IMG/VR virus record: IMGVR_UViG_3300046057_000051
DNA: 64,000 bases
Strand: one strand, 5' to 3'
Source of the DNA: a virus
Shown: positions 8,900 to 18,529 of the stretch, one piece after another
Layout of the letters: every line of letters begins with the position of its first letter
Numbering within the stretch: position 1 is the stretch's first letter
Notes under the pieces: generated by a model
Database searches by the model: none
Seen by the model: the letters and a program-made list of their open reading frames with translations, nothing else
Told to the model about the DNA's origin: nothing
Made by a program: the position numbers and the translations under genes

Positions 8900-11800
8900 C
8901 TACGGTGGCGGCTCCCCCATGCCCGACGACCCTGCCCCCCCAGTCCCCCCGTCGGTAGCGCGGCCGTACTCGGGGGTGCCTCCTGTAGTGAAGGTTTCCA
9001 AGCCTACTGGCGCGAAGTCCCACGTAAGAATAACGTTACGCGAGATTTCGCGCTCCTCCTCGACAGACAACGCATCCACCTCGATGTCCTCGAACTCGAC
9101 GTGCCCCGCGTCGGGCGCCTCCACCAGCCCGCCATCCCCCCAGACGTACTCGGTCCCGTCCGTCTCCACGGACACGTAGCCTATCTCCGCCAACGTGTTC
9201 AGGTTGTTAAGGACCTGCCTGCGCGTGATGCTGCACCGCTCTGCGACCTCGCTCGTCGTCCACTCCGACGCCCGCCTGACGGCATCCATCACTTCTTTCA
9301 TCCCGTCACTCCAGACCTTGATGGTCGTCCCACGCCCCGCCAGCGGGACCCACTCCGGAAGGGTGTTGGTGTGGACGAACACGGTCCCACCGCCGCCGTC
9401 GCGCCCGAACCGGAGGACCGCCTGGAGCGTCTCGTGTTCGCGCATGTGTCGGAGTATCTTATCCCCGAACTCGCCGTAGCTGCGCTCGACGCCGTGTTCG
9501 CCGTTCGTTTCGATGGCCTTGTTCTCGAAGGCGCCCCACCGCTTGATGTAGCGGTCGCCGTAGTGACGTGACCCGATGACGGCGCCGAGCCGCGTGGAGG
9601 AGAAGCGGTTCGTTCCCTTGAGGTTCCCGTAGTGTTCGGTGTCTGACGTGTGTTCTAAGAGGCCGCCGCGGTCGTACTTCTCCTCCGCGTTCTGGGTGGT
9701 GATGAGGGCGGGTTTCTCGCCGTAGACATCGCGTATCCCTTCCAGGATTGCCTCGTCGCGCTGCATCCCGCCCGCCGTCACGTAGGTCCCGCTGGAGTAT
9801 GGCTTGATGTAATCGGTCGTCTGGACGACGTTAACCCCGAGGACGTTGACGAGGTAGTGTCGCCGCTCGGCGGTGTCGAGTGGGCTGCGGCGCTCCAGGT
9901 AGCTGCCGAGAATCGTGTCCCACATCCGCTTGGTCGGGGTGCCGTCGAGTGCGACCGTCGTGGAGGTATAGGTCAGGTCGGGGGTGTGCATCAGGCTGAT
10001 GGTCAGGTCTTCTTTCGCCACGACGGCGCGGTCGCCGTCGGGGAGCCGTGCATGTTCGTATCCGTTCCCGAGGTCTTTCGCGTGGACGAGCGCGTACACG
10101 GCGAGCGGCGCGTTCGCGTGGGCGTCGTCGTTGTAGATAACGCTCTCGGGGTCCGTTTCGACTTCGCCGTCGAAGTGGTCCGCTATCGCGCCCCGCATCT
10201 CGTCGTCGGTACGTTTCGCCACGAGGCCGGCGTAGTCGTCGGCGGGGATGTCGTCGGTATCCTGGAGGTACCCCGTCACTGCGCCCTTGAACGCGGGGCC
10301 GGTGAGCGGCGTGGTGTAGGTGTCCTCGGGGAACTCGTCGAACACGGCGACGCGGCCGGAGTGAGTGGCCGTCTTGTAGGCGTGCTTGTAGTGGCCGATG
10401 AGGACATCGTAGTCGTCAGGCTCGAAATCCCATTTCGCAGAGTACGGACAGCGACCGTCCTCCTGGCACGGGAGTGGCCGTCCGAGCGCGTTCTCCGCGT
10501 GGGCGTGTATCGCTTTCGGGGTGGCGCCGCGTTTGTACCAGTCCATCGCTCTGTCCTGCCAGTCGTCGCCGTACTCGCCGCTGGCGGTCGGACAGTCCCG
10601 CGGCATCGACGGGAGCGTGTAGTACGTGAGGCCGTAATCGTCGCACCACCCCTGGTTCTGGTCGTATAGCTCGTGTCGCGCGCAGTAGACCGTGACCGGC
10701 TGTCCTGTCCGGGCGGTTGCGCGTATCGCGCCGGAGGATTTCCCGAGGCTCGGCAAGGCGTCAATCAACACGTCGTCACTCCCCGTCCATACGTCCTCCA
10801 GCATCTCGCCGAGTCTGTCGCGCGCCTCCTCCATCCCGGGCATGCCGTCGGCCGAAATCGCCCGCGTCGCGGATTTCCAATTCCACTCGCCACCATTCGG
10901 GGTGTGTGGGAGGACCGCGACCATGTCGCTCCCGGACGCGGTGTCGTCGTACTCGGGGATGGGTGCGCCGCGGGCTCGTAGCGCCTCGACGGCGTCCCAG
11001 AACTCCTGGCCGTCGGGATAGTCGCGGGGGTCGTGGATGATGCGTTCTTCGAGCGCCACTAACTGGAGGGCGTCGAGGCCGATGTTGCCCTGGCGGTAAA
11101 TCCATCCGCCGTCCTCGTATCCGAGCCGCGTCCCGGATTCGGATGTCTCCCAGGAGGGGTCGAACGATTTCCGTGAAGCGTTCTTGCCTTCGGTGAGCGT
11201 CGAGCGGAGCCGGATGTCGGAGTAGTCGGTGTGTTTGATGGCGTCGAATATGTCCTCGATGTTCGACGTGGTCTCGGTGTCCTCGATTTCGGCGCGGCTC
11301 TTGCTCGCGTCCCATTCTTCGGCGCGCTCGCCGGGCTCGACGACGGTGGCGTCCTCGCCGTACTCCGCTATCAAGTCGTCGAGGAGGGCTTGGCCGTCGC
11401 GGACGTTCGGCCGTGACCGCTCGACCTTGTCGCCGGTCATGGCGATGAAGCGGTCGCCGTCGTATATTTCGAGTTCCGCGTCCGGGTGGCCCTCAAGGTC
11501 GATGACGAGCGAGCGGGTGTCCTCGGGGAGTTCGCCTTCGATGATGAGGTGGATGCCGGTGCCGCTCGTCGAGACCTGTGCGAATCCGCCGACGCGCTCG
11601 ATGTGGTCCGCGACCTCCGGCAGTACCTCGCCGGTGTCGGGGTTACGCACGTCGTCGTAATCCATCAGCGTCAACCCGTCGCCGTCCTGGAGCGAGAACG
11701 TGAGGCCGTCGAACCCGTCGAGCATCTCAACGTACTCGCGCGCGGTCTCGTGGCTCCGCCAGTTGTCGGCGTCCATCGCGGAGGCGAAGGCGTCAACTGA

Positions 11801-11947
11801 CCCGTCCCACGGCGCGCGCGGTACTTTCCGCTGGTCCTCCGTGGCTTTCCACGTCATCCATCGGTCGCTCGATGTCAGGCACGCGGGAAAATGAGTCGTG
11901 TTCGATACTACGGTAGCGTCGCTCTCGATGGGGTCTTGCGCCGTCAT
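8900..11947 (-). CDS. Replication protein: NrS-1-like primase-polymerase fused to an SF2-like helicase/origin-binding region and a C-terminal wHTH
   Basis: WMTW..RKVP, LMDYDD, VSTSGTGIHL, EIYDGDRFIAMTG (AEP prim-pol motifs); ALPSLGKS, VFDEFP, LDGTP, QAVLRFGR (helicase-like); TTSEVAERCSITRRQVLNNLNTL (HTH). Likely start MTAQDP at 11947. Confidence 0.8.
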   Translation of the reverse strand: MTAQDPIESDATVVSNTTHFPACLTSSDRWMTWKATEDQRKVPRAPWDGSVDAFASAMDADNWRSHETAREYVEMLDGFDGLTFSLQDGDGLTLMDYDDVRNPDTGEVLPEVADHIERVGGFAQVSTSGTGIHLIIEGELPEDTRSLVIDLEGHPDAELEIYDGDRFIAMTGDKVERSRPNVRDGQALLDDLIAEYGEDATVVEPGERAEEWDASKSRAEIEDTETTSNIEDIFDAIKHTDYSDIRLRSTLTEGKNASRKSFDPSWETSESGTRLGYEDGGWIYRQGNIGLDALQLVALEERIIHDPRDYPDGQEFWDAVEALRARGAPIPEYDDTASGSDMVAVLPHTPNGGEWNWKSATRAISADGMPGMEEARDRLGEMLEDVWTGSDDVLIDALPSLGKSSGAIRATARTGQPVTVYCARHELYDQNQGWCDDYGLTYYTLPSMPRDCPTASGEYGDDWQDRAMDWYKRGATPKAIHAHAENALGRPLPCQEDGRCPYSAKWDFEPDDYDVLIGHYKHAYKTATHSGRVAVFDEFPEDTYTTPLTGPAFKGAVTGYLQDTDDIPADDYAGLVAKRTDDEMRGAIADHFDGEVETDPESVIYNDDAHANAPLAVYALVHAKDLGNGYEHARLPDGDRAVVAKEDLTISLMHTPDLTYTSTTVALDGTPTKRMWDTILGSYLERRSPLDTAERRHYLVNVLGVNVVQTTDYIKPYSSGTYVTAGGMQRDEAILEGIRDVYGEKPALITTQNAEEKYDRGGLLEHTSDTEHYGNLKGTNRFSSTRLGAVIGSRHYGDRYIKRWGAFENKAIETNGEHGVERSYGEFGDKILRHMREHETLQAVLRFGRDGGGGTVFVHTNTLPEWVPLAGRGTTIKVWSDGMKEVMDAVRRASEWTTSEVAERCSITRRQVLNNLNTLAEIGYVSVETDGTEYVWGDGGLVEAPDAGHVEFEDIEVDALSVEEEREISRNVILTWDFAPVGLETFTTGGTPEYGRATDGGTGGAGSSGMGEPPP

Positions 11948-12059
11948 GTTCTTTTCATAGGTGGGCTGCCGTGCATAGTTGGCACTACCTTTATGTGGTA
12001 GCAGCCCCACAGAACAGGCGAGGGAGTGCCTTTTCCGCGGGGCGGCTGTGAACGAGCAG

Positions 12060-12400
12060 ACCCATCTCCCCGGGATTACTTAAAGACCCGGGGGACGTGT
12101 CACTATCGCAATTAATCTCCGGCCGATACCGGCCGGACCATCACCACCCCGGACTGGACGGTCCACACCCGCCGACCAATACCCACGAACGGCACCACCC
12201 CACCCTCGGCTACGTGTTTCGAGCGGCGATTACCCCGGGGTAATGGGGAATCGCTGACTGGAGGTCCACCTATCCACGACACCACGCCCGACGGTAAACG
12301 CGGCGCCGCCCACATCCCCCCGGGGGCCCTGCAACACCCGGGTAAATCCGGGGATTAATACGGATATTATTCTATGCGATACGGGTATATTCGGTATCGG
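12060..12400. repeat. Palindrome-rich intergenic region between divergent replication and partition-like genes
   Basis: Perfect 16-bp palindrome ATTACCCCGGGGTAAT at 12229-12244; recurrent CCCGGG-ATTA/TAA words at about 12069, 12336 and 12347; imperfect CGATAC...GTATCG inverted repeat. Confidence 0.55.
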
Positions 12401-12438
12401 GGGCAAGTGACTTATGAAGGCCGGTCAAACTGGCCGCT

Positions 12439-14118
12439 ATGGAGGAAGTGGACCCGGTTCATTATGACGCCATAGACGACGTGGTAGAGGACAGGAAAGA
12501 CGCCTCCGAGTGGGACCCGGACAAGATGCGCTCCGCGCTCATCGACGTGGCGCGCGGAGAAAACCAGCGCACCGTCGCGGAGGACCACGAGTTCTCGCAA
12601 GGCGTCGTGTCCAAGCGATGGACTGACGTGGAGGAGCGCGCCGAAGAAATCCGGGCGTCCCGGAACGAGGGCTCGCGGCTGTTCCGCGACCCGCTGGAGG
12701 AGGCCATCGAGGAGTTCGGGGATTTCTTCGAGGAGATGGACGAGAACTACAACATGGGCATCAGGGATGTCGCCATCCAGATGATGGTTGACGAGATACG
12801 TGACGCCCAGCAGTTGCCCTCGCCGATGTACCTCCAGCAGTTTCTCAACGGCGCGAACTCCGGCGTCACCGGCCAGGACGTGGAGTACATCAGTCGCCGG
12901 TACAAGGCGTGGCTCGAAAACTACAAGGGCGAGCGAACGGCCACCCAAGGCATGGGTGGCGGCATGGACGAGTACGGCGGCGCCGCCATCCAGGAAAACC
13001 GCCAGCAGCCGGGCGGCATGTCGGGTGGGGTCGATGTCGGGTACAACCAGTCGATGTTCCCCGACGACGGCGGGAACCAGCAGGCCCAGGGTAACTCCGG
13101 GGGCAACGCGCGGATAAACCGATTGGAGCAGAAGGTCGAGCGGCTGACCGAAGCAATCGAGAAGGACCACGCCGGCGGTGACGACTCCCAGACGGTCCGC
13201 GTCGAGCAGGACGACGGCTCCATCATCGAGGTTCCACTCGACCACCCGATGGCGATGCAGATGATGAGTGGCGGGGACGACGATGACGACATGCTCGAAA
13301 AGCTCACGGAGTTGAAAGAAGCGGGGCTGGTATTGGGGCCGGAGGACCTGCGCGAACACGGCGACGACGGCGGCGAGATGGCCGACGCTATCGCTGGCGC
13401 CATCGAGCAGATGAGTCAGCGACAGATGCAGGCCCAACAACAGATGAGCGAGAACTTCTCCAGCGCCATCGAGGACATCCGAGAGATGCAGGAGGAGGAG
13501 GACGACGCCCTGACGATGACGGACGTACAGCAGGTCATCGAGGACACGCTCAAGGAGGACGAAGTGGACCGCCTCGAACGCCAACTGGAGGACATGCGGT
13601 CGTCGTTCACGAAAGAGCTACGCGATGCGAAACGGTACGGCAGCGACGGTATCGAGGACCCGGAGTACCTCAAGACCGACCGCAAGATGGAGTTCCAGGA
13701 GAAGCAACTGGAAACCATCAACGACAACCTCCGCCAACTCCCGAAAGAAGTCGGCGTCACCGTCCGCGAGGCGCTCGTGCCCGCGTTCAAGGAACTCCAG
13801 CACTCCACGCCCGGCGAAGGCCACCCGCTCTGGAACCCGCCGGGGGGACAGGGCCAAAGCGAGCCCGGGTTCGTTCCGCCGACCGTCACGGAACCAACCC
13901 AGCAGGAACGCCAACCGCAACGGCCGGCGCCGGAGCCCGACCGGGACCGCGGCTACCCCGAGCCGGAACCCGAGCCCGAACCGGAGCCACGGACGGAGCC
14001 GGAGTCCCAGGGCATGGGCCAGCAGCAGCCCGAGCGCGACACAGCGCAGAAGGGCCGGGAGGTTCGTGAGAAGCTCGGTCTCGAAGATGCCGGCGACAAC
14101 CAGCAGGTAGAAGCATGA
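12439..14118 (+). CDS. Acidic coiled-coil protein with N-terminal HTH and PE-repeat tail
   Basis: HTH-like QRTVAEDHEFSQGVVSKRW; long heptad-like segments; PEPEPEPEP tail; CTTATGAA box about 25 nt upstream. Confidence 0.8.
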   Translation: MEEVDPVHYDAIDDVVEDRKDASEWDPDKMRSALIDVARGENQRTVAEDHEFSQGVVSKRWTDVEERAEEIRASRNEGSRLFRDPLEEAIEEFGDFFEEMDENYNMGIRDVAIQMMVDEIRDAQQLPSPMYLQQFLNGANSGVTGQDVEYISRRYKAWLENYKGERTATQGMGGGMDEYGGAAIQENRQQPGGMSGGVDVGYNQSMFPDDGGNQQAQGNSGGNARINRLEQKVERLTEAIEKDHAGGDDSQTVRVEQDDGSIIEVPLDHPMAMQMMSGGDDDDDMLEKLTELKEAGLVLGPEDLREHGDDGGEMADAIAGAIEQMSQRQMQAQQQMSENFSSAIEDIREMQEEEDDALTMTDVQQVIEDTLKEDEVDRLERQLEDMRSSFTKELRDAKRYGSDGIEDPEYLKTDRKMEFQEKQLETINDNLRQLPKEVGVTVREALVPAFKELQHSTPGEGHPLWNPPGGQGQSEPGFVPPTVTEPTQQERQPQRPAPEPDRDRGYPEPEPEPEPEPRTEPESQGMGQQQPERDTAQKGREVREKLGLEDAGDNQQVEA

Positions 14119-14936
14119 TACTTCAAGAAGTACCACAAATCGTACTCGTAGCGTCAGGAAAGGGCGGCGTCGGCAAAACGACGGTCGCGTCCGACATCGC
14201 CCGGCAGGCAACCGAACACGTCGAGAGCGTCGGGTTCATCGACGCTGACATCTCGACGCCGAACAGCCTCCAGGTCATCGGCGGCGAGGAGGTAGACATC
14301 TCGAACGAGCGGCTCGCATCCAGCGACTCGCTCGTCCCACCGGAGGTCGATGGCGTGCAACTCGTGTCACAGGGGCTCGTGCTGCCGGACGACGTGCCCG
14401 TGCTGCGCGGCGCCGAGTGGCGCGCGGAGGCGGTCGCCGACTACATCCAGAACGTCGAGTGGGACGACGGGACGGAAGTCATCGTCATCGACTCCCCGCC
14501 GGGCTCGGGCGAGGAACTCCAAGTCGTCGCCTCGGCGGTGCCGCTGGACTACGCCTACGTCGTCTCCACGCCACACCCGAGCGCGGTCCGGGACGCCACC
14601 AAGACCCACGAGTTCTTCAAGCAAGCGAACGTTCCGCACTCCGGCGTCCTGAACATGTCCGAGATAACCGCCGGCGACATCGTAGACCACGCGACCGCGG
14701 GCGCGAACTTCACGGACATCGACGGTGTGGGCGACGCGACGGACGAACGCATCCGCGAGGTACTGTCGGCGTCCACCGAGAACTATCCGCTGTTCGGCTA
14801 CGACGACGACGGCCTCCCGGATTTCGGCACGGAAATCGAGGCCGTTCTCCCGTACACGGAGAGCTTCGAGCGGCGGCGGGCGGCGTGGGGCACGGTCGTC
14901 CGCGACCTCCTCCAGCGGGAGGAGGTGGCGGCATGA
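14115..14936 (+). CDS. Mrp/NBP35/ParA-like P-loop ATPase with a helix-hairpin-helix insertion
   Basis: Deviant Walker A SGKGGVGKTT, IDADISTPN, IDSPPG, VVSTP; HhH-like IDGVGDATDERI; no CxxC. Confidence 0.85.
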   Translation: MILQEVPQIVLVASGKGGVGKTTVASDIARQATEHVESVGFIDADISTPNSLQVIGGEEVDISNERLASSDSLVPPEVDGVQLVSQGLVLPDDVPVLRGAEWRAEAVADYIQNVEWDDGTEVIVIDSPPGSGEELQVVASAVPLDYAYVVSTPHPSAVRDATKTHEFFKQANVPHSGVLNMSEITAGDIVDHATAGANFTDIDGVGDATDERIREVLSASTENYPLFGYDDDGLPDFGTEIEAVLPYTESFERRRAAWGTVVRDLLQREEVAA

Positions 14937-15043
14937 AGCGAGCCCTCGCGGTCCTGGGCGCCGTCGTCCTGGCCGTCGTGGTCGTCCTGCTCGTCAGGGA
15001 AAAACGGGACCGCAACACCATGCCGGACACTGGAGGTCACTGA
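14933..15043 (+). CDS. 36-aa single-TM micro-protein
   Basis: MKRALAVLGAVVLAVVVVLLVREKR..., coupled by ATGA/TGATG overlaps on both sides. Confidence 0.65.
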   Translation: MKRALAVLGAVVLAVVVVLLVREKRDRNTMPDTGGH

Positions 15044-15519
15044 TGTCGGAGAACACAACCACGCTCGGTATCGTTGGACAGACTATGAAAGACTTGCTGC
15101 CGACGGCGAACCAGGGGTTTAACTGGTCCATCATCCGGGAGCGGTACGACGAGTCGCCCGTCGGGACGGCGATGTCCGTTCACTTGACGGACGAGAGCGG
15201 GGAGGAGGCCATCGAGCAGGTGATGCTCGGCATCGTGGAGGGGCCGCGCATCGTCATCCTCGACCAGCTACAGCCCGAGTGGGAGTACATCGGCGCCATC
15301 GTCACGTACCAGGATTACGGGCTCCGTATCCTGGACGTGGATGACCCGATGACGCCGGACAAGGCACGCTACCAGCACGGCGGCGTCACCATCCACCCGG
15401 CGGAGGACGAGTCGCGTGAGCGAGTGTGGCTCGTCACGAGCAACGTGCTGAACATCATGCTGGAGTCGCTGGTGTGGCAACAGCAGCAGGCGGCCGACGG
15501 CGTGGAGGCGGAGTCGTAG
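15043..15519 (+). CDS. Hypothetical protein
   Basis: MSENTTTL start, GGAGGTCA SD. Confidence 0.7.
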   Translation: MSENTTTLGIVGQTMKDLLPTANQGFNWSIIRERYDESPVGTAMSVHLTDESGEEAIEQVMLGIVEGPRIVILDQLQPEWEYIGAIVTYQDYGLRILDVDDPMTPDKARYQHGGVTIHPAEDESRERVWLVTSNVLNIMLESLVWQQQQAADGVEAES

Positions 15520-15523
15520 ACAC

Positions 15524-15703
15524 ATGCGAATCGAGGGAGACTGCCCCGAGTGCGACAGCCGGCTCGGGGTGATGATTCGCGGGCGGCAGGCAGAGATATT
15601 CGGCAACGTCATCCGAAAGCACATGGACAAGGATGGAAACGGCGTCCGGTGTCAGAACTGTGACGAGTACGTTGAGCCGGCCAACAACGAAATCCACGAC
15701 TAA
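15524..15703 (+). CDS. 59-aa Zn-finger protein
   Basis: MRIEGDCPECDSRLG...RCQNCDEYV; below the ORF-track size cutoff. Confidence 0.65.
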   Translation: MRIEGDCPECDSRLGVMIRGRQAEIFGNVIRKHMDKDGNGVRCQNCDEYVEPANNEIHD

Positions 15704-15712
15704 GGCGGCCAC

Positions 15713-16615
15713 ATGCCCACCCAAGCAGAGTTCGATGCGTTCGAGGAATACTACGCGGAGGCGAAACAGCGGATAGACGACCGGCTGGACGAAATCATCG
15801 AGACCGAGGAGGGCTTCGCCGGCAAGCGGAGAATCCTCTCGCACGCCGCACAGGGCGGGAAGCGCGTTCGCCCCGTCCTGACGATGCTCGTCGCCGACGT
15901 GTACGGCGTCCCCTACGACAAGGCACTCGACCACGCCGCCATCGTGGAACTCATCCACCTCGCGTCGCTGGTCGCCGACGACAGGTACGACGGCGACGCA
16001 ACCCGTCGCGGCGCCCCGGCGCTGTGGAAAATTCTGGAGAAACTCCCGTTCGGCCGAAAGGGCCACAAGGTCACGACCGGCCTCACCGTGATGGCGGAGA
16101 ACGGGTTGATGGCGCTCGCACTCGAACTCGCCGACGACCCCGACGTGGTGCAAGCGATGGGCCACGGTACCCGCCACCTCGTGGACGGGTTCTTCGCCGA
16201 GGGCCAGAACTTCACGTGGGGGCTCCTCGGCGGCGGGTACGACAAGTACGTCGAAATCAACCGGATGAAAACCGGCGGGTTGTTCGGGATGGCCGCCTGG
16301 ATGCCCGCGACCTACGTGAGCGTCCCAGCCGAACAGGAGGACGCCGCCCGCAAGTACGGTGAGGAGACGGGTATCCTGTATCAAGTCACGGACGACATCG
16401 CTGACGGCGACATCCCGTCGTTCATCAAGGACGACAACGCGGAGTTAGAGAAGTGGTACGGTAACGCGACGGCGTGGGTCCAGAACATGCCGGACCACGA
16501 GAAAACCTCGATGATGGAGACGGCGCCGGCGTGGATGGTTTATAAGATGGCGTCCAACGGGTCGATTCTGGACGAGGTAGACGTATCTTTCATCCCGGCC
16601 GAGACAACAGGGTAA
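15713..16615 (+). CDS. Polyprenyl diphosphate synthase (IdsA/GGPP-synthase-like)
   Basis: GGKRVRP, ELIHLASLVADD..D...RRG (first Asp-rich motif), KTGGLF, GILYQVTDD (second Asp-rich motif). Confidence 0.9.
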   Translation: MPTQAEFDAFEEYYAEAKQRIDDRLDEIIETEEGFAGKRRILSHAAQGGKRVRPVLTMLVADVYGVPYDKALDHAAIVELIHLASLVADDRYDGDATRRGAPALWKILEKLPFGRKGHKVTTGLTVMAENGLMALALELADDPDVVQAMGHGTRHLVDGFFAEGQNFTWGLLGGGYDKYVEINRMKTGGLFGMAAWMPATYVSVPAEQEDAARKYGEETGILYQVTDDIADGDIPSFIKDDNAELEKWYGNATAWVQNMPDHEKTSMMETAPAWMVYKMASNGSILDEVDVSFIPAETTG

Positions 16616-16621
16616 GTACCT

Positions 16622-17731
16622 ATGGCTGACGAGACGCCGTACAAGAGCGAAGGCGAAACGGTAGATGTCATCGACGACCGCGCCGACGAACAGGATGAGA
16701 CCGGCAAGGAGTACGACGAAAAGTACCACGACCCCGAGTGGCTTTACAACCAGTACCACGGGTTGGGAAAGTCAACGCCTGAAATGGCCGAGGAGTGCGG
16801 AGTAGTAGATTCTACAATTCGCACATGGATGGACAGGCATGGTATCGACCGCCGTTCGCACTCAGAAGCGAACATATCTGGCGGTCCGTACACGGACGAG
16901 GAGTGGCTCCGGGAGCAGTATCACGGGCGGAAACGGTCGGCGGCAGAAATAGCTGAGGGGTGTGGGGTGAATCAATATGCAATCTACAGGTGGATGGACA
17001 GGCACGGTATCGACACTCGCTCCCGCGCGGAGGCGAACATGACTGACGGTCGATACACGGACGAGGAGTGGCTTCGAGAACAGTACCACGGGCACGGCAA
17101 AACAACATATGAAATAGCCGACGAGTGTGGAGTCCATGTAACTACAATCTCGAAATGGATGGACAAGCACGGAATAGCCTCTCGCTCAATCTCGGAGGCG
17201 AAGAAACGCCAGTCCGATAAGGTCGTGTATGTTTCCGATGTGGAGAGCCCGCCAACTGAGTCCGCCCCGGAGCGAAAAACCGTAGAGGTGGGAGGGAGGC
17301 GGTATGAAGGTCCTGTCGCCGGTTTAGACCTGACTGAATCAGACATCCGAGACCGAAACGTTGAGGTCTTGGAAAGCCCGTGGCGTGACGAGGAGTGGCT
17401 CCGGGAGCAGTATCACGGGCGGAAACAATCGGCGACCGAGATAGCAGAGGAGTGCGGGGTGGCAAAAACCACAATCTACGATTGGATGAAGAACAACGGC
17501 ATTGAACGACGGTCGTACTCGGAGGTACGTATGGGAAACGGCCCGTACACGGACGAGGAGTGGCTTCGGGAACAGTACCACGAGCAAGAGAGGTCTGCGT
17601 ATAATATTGCCGACAGGTGCGGAGCGAATGTGGACACAATCTACAGGTGGATGGACAAACACGGAATTGACCGCCGCTCAAACCAAAAGGCACAAAATGT
17701 CCGGTTCGGGGGCGACAAGGACGGCTCGTGA
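16622..17731 (+). CDS. Protein with five tandem HTH repeats
   Basis: 5 copies of Y.DEEWLREQYH....S..EIAEECGV...TI..WM..HGI..RS; lower GC than its neighbours. Confidence 0.85.
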   Translation: MADETPYKSEGETVDVIDDRADEQDETGKEYDEKYHDPEWLYNQYHGLGKSTPEMAEECGVVDSTIRTWMDRHGIDRRSHSEANISGGPYTDEEWLREQYHGRKRSAAEIAEGCGVNQYAIYRWMDRHGIDTRSRAEANMTDGRYTDEEWLREQYHGHGKTTYEIADECGVHVTTISKWMDKHGIASRSISEAKKRQSDKVVYVSDVESPPTESAPERKTVEVGGRRYEGPVAGLDLTESDIRDRNVEVLESPWRDEEWLREQYHGRKQSATEIAEECGVAKTTIYDWMKNNGIERRSYSEVRMGNGPYTDEEWLREQYHEQERSAYNIADRCGANVDTIYRWMDKHGIDRRSNQKAQNVRFGGDKDGS

Positions 17732-18516
17732 TGCTGTCGCACGAACGCCGCCAACTCGGCCACGACTTCGGGTTCACCCCGGCACTCATCGAACGCCACA
17801 TCCCCGAGCCCGAACGCGAGGGCTCGCTGACGATGGTCCGCCACGTCAACGTCGTGACGACGTACCTGTCGTGGATGGCGGTCGGCGAGCCGCGGCACTT
17901 CGAGGGGTCGCTGTACGCCGCCGCCATCGCCGCGATGGACTGCGTGACCGATTACCGGAACGAACGCATCGGCGGCGGCGTCACCAGCCGCGCGCTCGAC
18001 GGCGGCATCAAGTACCCCGAACTCGAACTCGTCGAAACCGCCTCCGACGTGGCGCGAAGCCCCGGGTTCGACGACGGGATGGAGAAAATCGCTCAATGGC
18101 AGGACGAGAGCCTCACGCAGTTCGAGGACCCCGACATGACCGACCTCATGTTCATCACCGAGATGAAGGGCGGCTGGTCGGCCCGGACACACCTCCACGC
18201 ACTCAAAGCCGAACCCACCGACGAGGAGGCTGAGTTCATGATGGAGTTCGGCGCCGTGATGCAACTGCTCGACGACTACCTCGACCGGCCGGACGACGAG
18301 GACGCCGGCATCTCGACGCTGTTCACTGAGGACTACTACACACGACAGGACCTCGCGCACCGACGTGAGGTGATGATGGACGAGGCGGAGGCGGTGTGGG
18401 GCGCGTCGCCGGCAACGCGCCGGCTCCGCCGCATCCTCCGACTCCATACGCGGCTGGGGGATGTGGCGAACCGGACGCCGCTACGCCCCGAGTGGCTCGT
18501 CCCGTGGTACCTCTGA
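17728..18516 (+). CDS. Class 1 isoprenoid synthase-fold enzyme
   Basis: AMDCVTD, EMKGG, FGAVMQLLDDYLD..DDEDAGISTL Asp-rich motifs. Confidence 0.7.
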   Translation: MMLSHERRQLGHDFGFTPALIERHIPEPEREGSLTMVRHVNVVTTYLSWMAVGEPRHFEGSLYAAAIAAMDCVTDYRNERIGGGVTSRALDGGIKYPELELVETASDVARSPGFDDGMEKIAQWQDESLTQFEDPDMTDLMFITEMKGGWSARTHLHALKAEPTDEEAEFMMEFGAVMQLLDDYLDRPDDEDAGISTLFTEDYYTRQDLAHRREVMMDEAEAVWGASPATRRLRRILRLHTRLGDVANRTPLRPEWLVPWYL

Positions 18517-18529
18517 CGCCCCGCCGCTG

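Noticed and set aside
12412-13584. Long antisense ORFs (also 47018-48646, 51074-52234, 62170-63555, 8919-11660 and many others in the track)
   Set aside because: They are shadows of high-GC coding on the other strand or frame; they are Arg/Val/Ala-rich and overlap better-supported genes.
14115-14936. Fe-S carrier ApbC/Mrp function
   Set aside because: The protein has no cysteines, so the cluster-binding CxxC is absent.
16622-17731. HNH homing endonuclease
   Set aside because: No HNH, GIY-YIG or LAGLIDADG motif visible.
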